This document shows positions 57,040-64,000 of a DNA stretch of 64,000 nt, one piece after another. The notes beneath the pieces were generated by a model that was not told where the DNA came from, did no database searches, and saw only the letters and a program-made list of their open reading frames with translations. Within the stretch, counting starts at the first letter, position 1, and each line of letters opens with the position of its first letter. Both the position numbers and the translations under genes were made by a program. The DNA is from Carcharhinus longimanus (Eukaryota). The stretch spans positions 33,575,657-33,639,656 of the forward strand of contig JASCQW010000137.1 in the NCBI GenBank assembly GCA_030264375.1, given 5' to 3'.

Positions 57040-57645
57040 AGTCATAAGAGTTTTACAGCACAAAAAGAGACCCTTTTGGCCCATTGTGTCCACTGGCTGG
57101 CTATTCTAATCCTATTTTTCAACATTTTGGTTCACAGCCTTGTATGCTATGGTACTTAAGTGCTCATTTAAACACTACAATGTTGAGGGTTCCCACCTCT
57201 AACTTAGAGTTCCAGATTCCCACCACCCTCTAGGTGAAAATGTTTTCCCTCAAATCCCTGTCCTTTACCTTAAATCTGTGACCCCTGGTTATTGACCCAT
57301 TTAAAGATAAAAGCCCCTTCCCATCTACCATACCTATGTAGCTTGTAATTTAGTATACCTCAATCAAGTCCCCCTCCTTTCTAAGGAAAACAACCCCAGC
57401 CTAACCAGCCTCCCTTCATAGCTGAAATACTCCAGTCCAAGCAACATCCTAGTAACCCTAACCCTAACCCTTTCTAATTCAATCACAGCTTTCCTACAGT
57501 GTGGTAACCAGACATGCACACAGTACTTTTAGCTGTGGCCTAATGAGTGTTTAATACAGCTCCATTGTAACCTCCCTGCTCTTTTTCAATGCCTCAGCTA
57601 ATAAAGGCAGGTATCCCATATGCATTTTTAACCACCTTATATCTA
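57040..57645 (-). mobile_element. CR1 3' fragment
   Basis: agagttccagattcccaccaccctctaggtgaaaa; ggcaacatcctagtaa; ccagacatgcacacagtact. Confidence 0.75.
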
Positions 57646-58859
57646 TCATCTTGATCGTTCAGCTGAGAGAGAGGCAACATCCTAGAAGGAGGTAACGATC
57701 AAAGAATTCAGAAGGGCAAAAGGTCTTTTTAAGTCATGTTTTTCCATTCCAATAGCGCAGCAAAATTACTTTCCATTTATAGTAAGGTGCACTGGCTACA
57801 GACCATTATCCAAGCAATGCATGGAATTAGTTGATGTGCAGCCATGCTCGGTAGTGGTTTTAGTAATTGGAAACCATGCTCCAGTGTGCACATCTCATCT
57901 CAATGGGGGCAATAAGCTCTCTTGTCAAGAGAGGACATGTATATTGTTCCTCCGTTTTTTAAAAAAAGGCAGTGAAGCCAAACGAAGCATTGCCAGTCCA
58001 CTGGTTACTTGATGAAAAGAAGTGATGAGCATAAAATTTATATATTACGCCACAAAAAATAAATTTGAGAAGCTTGGATGTAGTTCCATTTTCTTGGGAA
58101 GATGTTTAGAGCTGATCTATATATAAATATTCAACCTGGCTATGATAGTCGAGCGGGTGAAAGGGTCTTGTTGTGGCGAGGCGTGTGTTAGTTTATATTA
58201 ATTTCAGGGAGTCCATGAAAAGGAAACTGCAGAAAGTAGTGTTTTGGTAAGGTTTTCTCCAATCTGGCTTTCTTGCTAAATATATAGAGGTAGAGACAGA
58301 TACATCTGCCAGTGTTTATATCATTGGCTGTTAATATGCCGAGCACGTTTTTAAATAGCTGAATGTAAATCTATAATTTTGTATAATATTGTACAGAACT
58401 TTACAATGTTGAATGTACAACTTCAAAGTTGATAGGTTTGTGTGGAGCAGTATTGCACAAGTTCTCTAAGCAATTGTTGGACTTGTTGCTTTAGAGAATT
58501 ACAATTTTATTCATCTCAGCACTTCAGAGCAGCAGCAGTATTGCTTTGTTAGAATTTATTAGTCTTTATTATAATGTTGTTCACTCAACCATTTTCGTAT
58601 TAACCAATTCATAAATTTTGCCAGAATCAATTTTGTGCTATGAATCATTGTCTTTAAGCTGTGTATGATCCTCCACTGCATGACTATCAAACCTTCAATA
58701 CAATGTTTTCAATTCTGCAATTGGTGGCGCTCAAATGACAGTACTTGAACTTGACCTGAAATATTTACTTGCTAATATTGACTTGTTAGTGATATTTACG
58801 TGGCTAATGATGAGCTCATAGATCTGTGCTGTATTCTTTAATCTGTTTGTTTTACTTAG

Positions 58860-59072
58860 AGGGGATGAAGAAGGTGTTCAGAAGAATAATGCTCTAAAAC
58901 TAATACGTGAGCTGCAGGTCCAGATTTCGGAGTTGCAGGAAGATCTGGAATCGGAGAAGGGTGCCCGCAACAAAGCTGACAAGCAGAAGAGAGATCTGAG
59001 TGAAGAGCTGGAGGCTTTGAAAACTGAATTGGAGGATACTTTGGATACCACAGCAGCCCAGCAGGAACTGAG
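58860..59072 (+). CDS. MYH10: Rod exon: [13 protein letters not shown]...[10 protein letters not shown]
   Basis: cttag|A GGG...CTG AG|gtgaag; 213 nt. Confidence 0.95.
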
Positions 59073-59199
59073 GTGAAGACTGCTATTTAACTGGGGAAAA
59101 GTAGCTAACTTGAAACTTGCTTGGGGTTGTACAAAATGATTTATGTCAAGTTTTGTAGCAGTGCTTATTTTTGCTGTCTGACTTGTTACAGTCTCATCA

Positions 59200-59369
59200 G
59201 TTCACAGATGTGAGGGTTAGGTTGATTGGCCATGCTAAATTGACCCTAGGGTCGGAGGGATTAGCAGGGTAAATATGTGGGGTTACAAGAGTACAGCCTG
59301 GGTGGGATTGTGCTTGGTGCAGACGTGATGGGCCGAATGGTCTCCTTCTGCACTGTAGGGATTCTATGA
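59200..59369 (+). mobile_element. HE1-like SINE (3' half)
   Basis: ggttaggttgattggccatgctaaattg...ctgcactgtagggattctatg. Confidence 0.85.
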
Positions 59370-59713
59370 ACAGCTATTTAAAACTAAATAGGAAACTTTG
59401 ATCTGACTATTTTACAGATGGCCCTGATCAGGTTGGCATCTTTGAAACAATAATTCACACTTGCATTCCATTCATGTAAGATATAAAGAATTCAATTGAA
59501 TTTAGCAAAATGTAACTTGTGTATTACATTTAAAAAAAAAAATTCCACTTGGAAGGCACCATCAGCGCTTCAATGATTTACACAACAAAAATATGAAATT
59601 TTAAATAAATATATCAACACCACCTCAGTGCCAGGTATGGTCCAATAATGGGAAAGTTACAGAAGTTAATATATGCTTCGATTCTAATAGCTGTTACTTG
59701 TATTTTACATCAA

Positions 59714-60307
59714 TCATAAAATCCCTGCAGTGAAGATGATCATTTGGCCTATTGAATCTGTACCAACTTTCTGACCGAGGTCCCCTCCCTGTGCTATCCC
59801 CATAANNNNNNNNNNNNNNNNNNNNNNNNNNNNNNNNNNNNNNNNNNNNNNNNNNNNNNNNNNNNNNNNNNNNNNNNNNNNNNNNNNNNNNNNNNNNNNN
59901 NNNNNNNNNNNNNNNNNNNNNNNNNNNNNNNNNNNNNNNNNNNNNNNNNNNNNNNNNNNNNNNNNNNNNNNNNNNNNNNNNNNNNNNNNNNNNNNNNNNN
60001 NNNNNNNNNNNNNNNNNNNNNNNNNNNNNNNNNNNNNNNNNNNNNNNNNNNNNNNNNNNNNNNNNNNNNNNNNNNNNNNNNNNTCCTCTAACCTACGCAT
60101 CCCTGGACACCTAAGGGGCAATAACTTAACATGGCCAGTCCACCTAACTCGCACATCTTTGGACTGGGAGGAAACTGGAGCACCCCAAGGAAACCCACGC
60201 AGACACGAGAATGTGCAAGCTCCACACAGTCACCCGAGCTGGGAATCGAACCCAGGATCCTGGAGCTGTGAAGCAGCAGTGCTAATCGCTATGCTACCTT
60301 GCCGCCC
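59714..60307 (-). mobile_element. HE1-like SINE spanning a gap
   Basis: catggccagtccacctaac...gggaatcgaacccagg...gtgctaatc. Confidence 0.8.
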
Positions 60308-60755
60308 TTGTACCTTGTTGACTACGTTGGAATAGATTGTGAGCAGAGTACTACATAAACCCTGTTATGCCCTAACATTTTGTCGGTTACGTGATGTGGT
60401 CAAGCAAGTTTCTTTGCACCCAATCCTTTCTTCCTCTTGAATAGTGAGGGATAAGCACTGGAATATGATTTTGTGGACACTGGCAGCTTCCTAGAATCTC
60501 ATGCAAGTGGCTAATTGCCCTATTTTAACTCTGGACAAAATGGAAAATGGCATATGTGATGACATGGGGGTTAGCACAGCTAAGCTTGATAACATACGCC
60601 TTCAAAGCTGGAAGCATCACTTCTGAGCTCAGTTTAATGTTGGATTTTCAACTAGGTTAACAGATATGTGCTTTGAAATTGATAACTTTGAGTAAAACGA
60701 GTCAATATTTTTGGAATAATTGAATCACTGAAGTGCACCCTGGGGTTAATTACAG

Positions 60756-60900
60756 GAACAAACGTGAGCAGGAGGTGGCCGAGCTGAAGAAGGCTATTGA
60801 AGAAGAGACCAAGGCTCATGAGGTTCAAATCCAGGACATCCGCCAGCGACATGGCACTGCCCTCGAGGAAGTTTCGGAGCAACTGGAACAAGCCAAGAGA
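60756..60900 (+). CDS. MYH10: Rod exon: [12 protein letters not shown]...EQLEQAKR
   Basis: tacag|G AAC...AGA|gtcagt; 145 nt. Confidence 0.95.
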
Positions 60901-61380
60901 GTCAGTAGCAGGAGACATTTTCTTTTTTAAAAAAAGTTTGCTTTTTGGATTTGAATCTCCGTATACTGCAGCACTGAAAGAAGCCATTTGGCCCAATTAT
61001 ACAAAGATGATCTTTGCACAATCTCTGCATGCCACCAAACATTTGATTTAGATTTAAATTTGCAGAAGCGAGAAGTTGGAGAAGATAGCAGTGATTAAAT
61101 TTACTGTGTTTCCACATCAGCTACTGTTTGTGTCGGAGCGTAAGTGCCAATAAAAGCAGCATTAAACTGAGGAAAAGTGTGCCATAAAATGGCTTTGGGA
61201 GATGTCCAGTATTATTTCTGCATAAACCTTTTTGTTCTTTCCTGCAGAAAGTTGCATTAATTTAATCCTAGCTGTTAATTGTTCCTGTAGCACTTAAAAA
61301 AACCTGGGTGCATGTCCGTACTAGTAGTCCAGTGTGACCTTTTTTTGATGTCAACTCTTCTGTTTCCATTTTACAAACAG

Positions 61381-61587
61381 CACAAAGCCAACTTGGAGAA
61401 GAGCAAACAGAGTTTGGAAAATGAGAACAAAGAGCTGGCCAGTGAGGTGAAGAGCTTGCAGCACACAAAGGCTGAGTCTGAACATAAAAGGAAGAAGCTT
61501 GAATCCCATCTGCAGGAGTTTCAGGTCAAGTTTGCAGAAAGTGAGAAGGCCAAATCTGAACTTGCAGATAAAACTCACAAGCTTCAG
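61381..61587 (+). CDS. MYH10: Rod exon: [13 protein letters not shown]...DKTHKLQ
   Basis: aacag|CAC...CAG|gtaaga; 207 nt. Confidence 0.95.
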
Positions 61588-61814
61588 GTAAGAGAAAATT
61601 TAATTTTATTCATACAAGTAATGCTTAAAGGTCTGTCCTAGTTCGACCACGGTAAAGGGTCGAACTTTATCTTAGCTTCGGAATGTGTTGGGTTCTTGTC
61701 ATCTCAATCATCTTACGCGGTTTTGTTAACATTCCCTAGAAGCACTCGTGAATGGGTTTGCTTCTCAATGTTAATTTTGACTATCTTTAGTACATGAATA
61801 GCAATGTTCTGAAA

Positions 61815-62170
61815 GGTGGGGGTGGTGTAGTCACATTGTCACTGAACTGACTAGTAATCCAGAGACTTGGTGTAATGCCCTGCAACCTGGATTCAAATCC
61901 CACCATGGCAGACAATGAAATTTCAATTTAATAAAAATCTGGAATTAAAGATCTAATTATCATGAAACCATTGTCAATTTTGTTTTTTTTTAAAATCTGG
62001 TTCACTAATGTCCTTGCCTGCTCTGGCCTACATATGACTCCAGAAAGACAGTTCTGTGGATGACTCTTAAATGCCCTCTGAAATGACCTAGTAGTCACTT
62101 AATTTAAAGGCTGTTGGGAACCAGCAATAAAAGCTGGCCTAGCCAGTGACACCCACATATCGTGAATCTG
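61815..62170 (+). mobile_element. Second tRNA-derived SINE family
   Basis: ggtggtgtagt...ggattcaaatcccacc...gcaataaaagctggcctagccagtgacacccacat. Confidence 0.75.
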
Positions 62171-62329
62171 ATTTTTCGGTTAACTATTCTGCACCAGATT
62201 GAGAATCAATTTTGTTATTGGTACTGTGACCTTTAACTTCACTCTTAAAACACTGACCTACCTAAAAATGATGGACATATAGAAGGTAATTTAACAAAAG
62301 AAAGCAGCCTAAGACTGGATAGTTTGGCT

Positions 62330-62580
62330 ACATAAGAACATAAGAAATAGGAGCAGGAGTAGGCCATCTAGCCCTTCGAGCCTGCCCCGCCATTCAATAA
62401 GANNNNNNNNNNNNNNNNNNNNNNNNNNNNNNNNNNNNNNNNNNNNNNNNNNNNNNNNNNNNNNNNNNNNNNNNNNNNNNNNNNNNNNNNNNNNNNNNNN
62501 NNACGGGCAGAGAATTCCAGAGATTCACCACCCTTTGAGTGAAGAAGTTCCTCCTCAACTCCGTTCTAAACCGCCTCCCT
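62330..62580 (-). mobile_element. Younger CR1 3' end spanning a gap
   Basis: acataagaacataagaaataggagcaggagtaggccatctagccc, reverse of the 55340-55415 tail. Confidence 0.8.
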
Positions 62581-62862
62581 TTTATGAAGCTGTACTTGTA
62601 TTTTTATTTGGTGAGAATGAATCCAATTATTTACTGATTTTTGGTTAACCTCATAATCTTGATTACTTATAGAAGATACTAAAATAGCAATAGTGTTAGT
62701 TTTCTAAAATTTGCATCTGTTTTACTGATTATCGGGGGTGGAGGGGGCTTATAGAATTAAGTTTGGGATCAAGTAGAGTTACTTTTAAAAAAAAAAAAAA
62801 ATCTGATGTGAAGTTTGTTTTGTGAAGAGGTGTAGTGTGAATTTAACCCTCTCCATTCTTAG

Positions 62863-62967
62863 AATGAATTGGACAATGTCTCTGGGCTTTTAGAAGAAGC
62901 GGAGAAGAAAGCAATTAAACTAACCAAAGATACTGCTAGTTTGGAATCTGCACTCCAAGATACGCAG
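62863..62967 (+). CDS. MYH10: Rod exon: [16 protein letters not shown]...LQDTQ
   Basis: cttag|AAT...CAG|gtatgt; 105 nt. Confidence 0.95.
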
Positions 62968-63647
62968 GTATGTGAACTATCACCATTGAATGTAAAGCCT
63001 GTTCAGAAAGCTCAACGTTGCTACTCTATAGTTCAATTGATACACTTTGGGAGGGGACTAAACAGATCAATTAATATCGGGGATTGATAATGTGTGAGGG
63101 AAGGGGTGCTTGAACTAAAGGTTAAAATGGTCCCCTTCTTTGCAAATGAGTGGGTGAGATTTGCCTGATCAAAATCATGGCAGTCCAATTCTTAATGTGA
63201 CATCCTACATAAAATAAAACATTGAATCTTATTGGTGCCTGATTGTGTCGCACCCAGTTTCGGTCGAGGTAAGATTGAACGTTTGCCCACTGTTGGAATA
63301 TACTTTATTTGTTTCCCTATTAAAATTGGTTCTTGCAGCCTGGGGAAGGGCTGTGTGGTAACTTAAAAAAATGATAGCTTTACAAAATGGGAGTGGGGGG
63401 GAGATGAATGGGACTTTGAAGAGATGAGGAGGGAGGTATTATGAAATAGGATTGGAATTTCACTGTTTTGACATGTTGATTGAACTAGCTAACTTGAGGC
63501 CATTTAACAGCTTGAAGAGTTTGTTTGCAGCAATTGACTTGCAACATTTCACCTTCAAATGTATTTTGTTCGTCACTAATAAAGATCGTTCCTTAATTTA
63601 GCTACATGACGACCCAAGTATACTTAAATATGTACATCTGTTGATAG

Positions 63648-63800
63648 GAACTGCTTCAGGAGGAGACACGGCAGAAATTGAATCTCAGCAGTCGCATTCG
63701 ACAGCTGGAAGAAGAGAAGAACAATCTCCAAGAGCAACAGGAGGAAGAGGAAGAAGCAAAGAAGAATCTTGAGAAACAGCTAGCTACACTCCATATGCAG
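63648..63800 (+). CDS. MYH10: Rod exon: [24 protein letters not shown]...LHMQ
   Basis: gatag|GAA...CAG|gtctgc; 153 nt. Confidence 0.95.
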
Positions 63801-64000
63801 GTCTGCTGTTGGACAACGCAGAACTTGGTTGTAGTTATTGGGCCTGAATATTACTTTCTATATCGATGTCCAAATGTATTGCTGACAAGTACTAGGAGTA
63901 GCCATTCAGTCCCTTGAGGGCCCCCACCCCTGACTTTTGTGGCCAATTACAATGCAAGTTGAAAACGTATTCAAAATGCTTTAGTCCTGAATGAGAGTAA

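Overview
Eukaryotic (vertebrate) DNA, most likely a cartilaginous fish (shark-type HE1-like SINEs, CR1/L2 LINE debris). The whole window lies inside one + strand gene, non-muscle myosin heavy chain IIB (MYH10). I traced 26 constitutive coding exons (3586 nt, phases consistent, no in-frame stops) from the P-loop (GESGAGKT) through the motor domain, IQ region and the first part of the coiled-coil rod; both ends of the gene lie outside the window. Two loop-1 cassette microexons that the ORF track misses are present: a 30-nt B1/N30 homolog with a GC donor and a 21-nt exon (SGTSLLY). There is also a U12-type intron. Introns hold SINE/LINE/Penelope-like fragments, two adjacent inverted repeats, a local duplication and several assembly gaps. 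I see no convincing new multi-gene system. The most interesting signals are the loop-1 microexon cluster and the fold-back structures at 15.6-17.1 kb. Repeat family names come from recalled consensus similarity, not a database search, and repeat boundaries are approximate.
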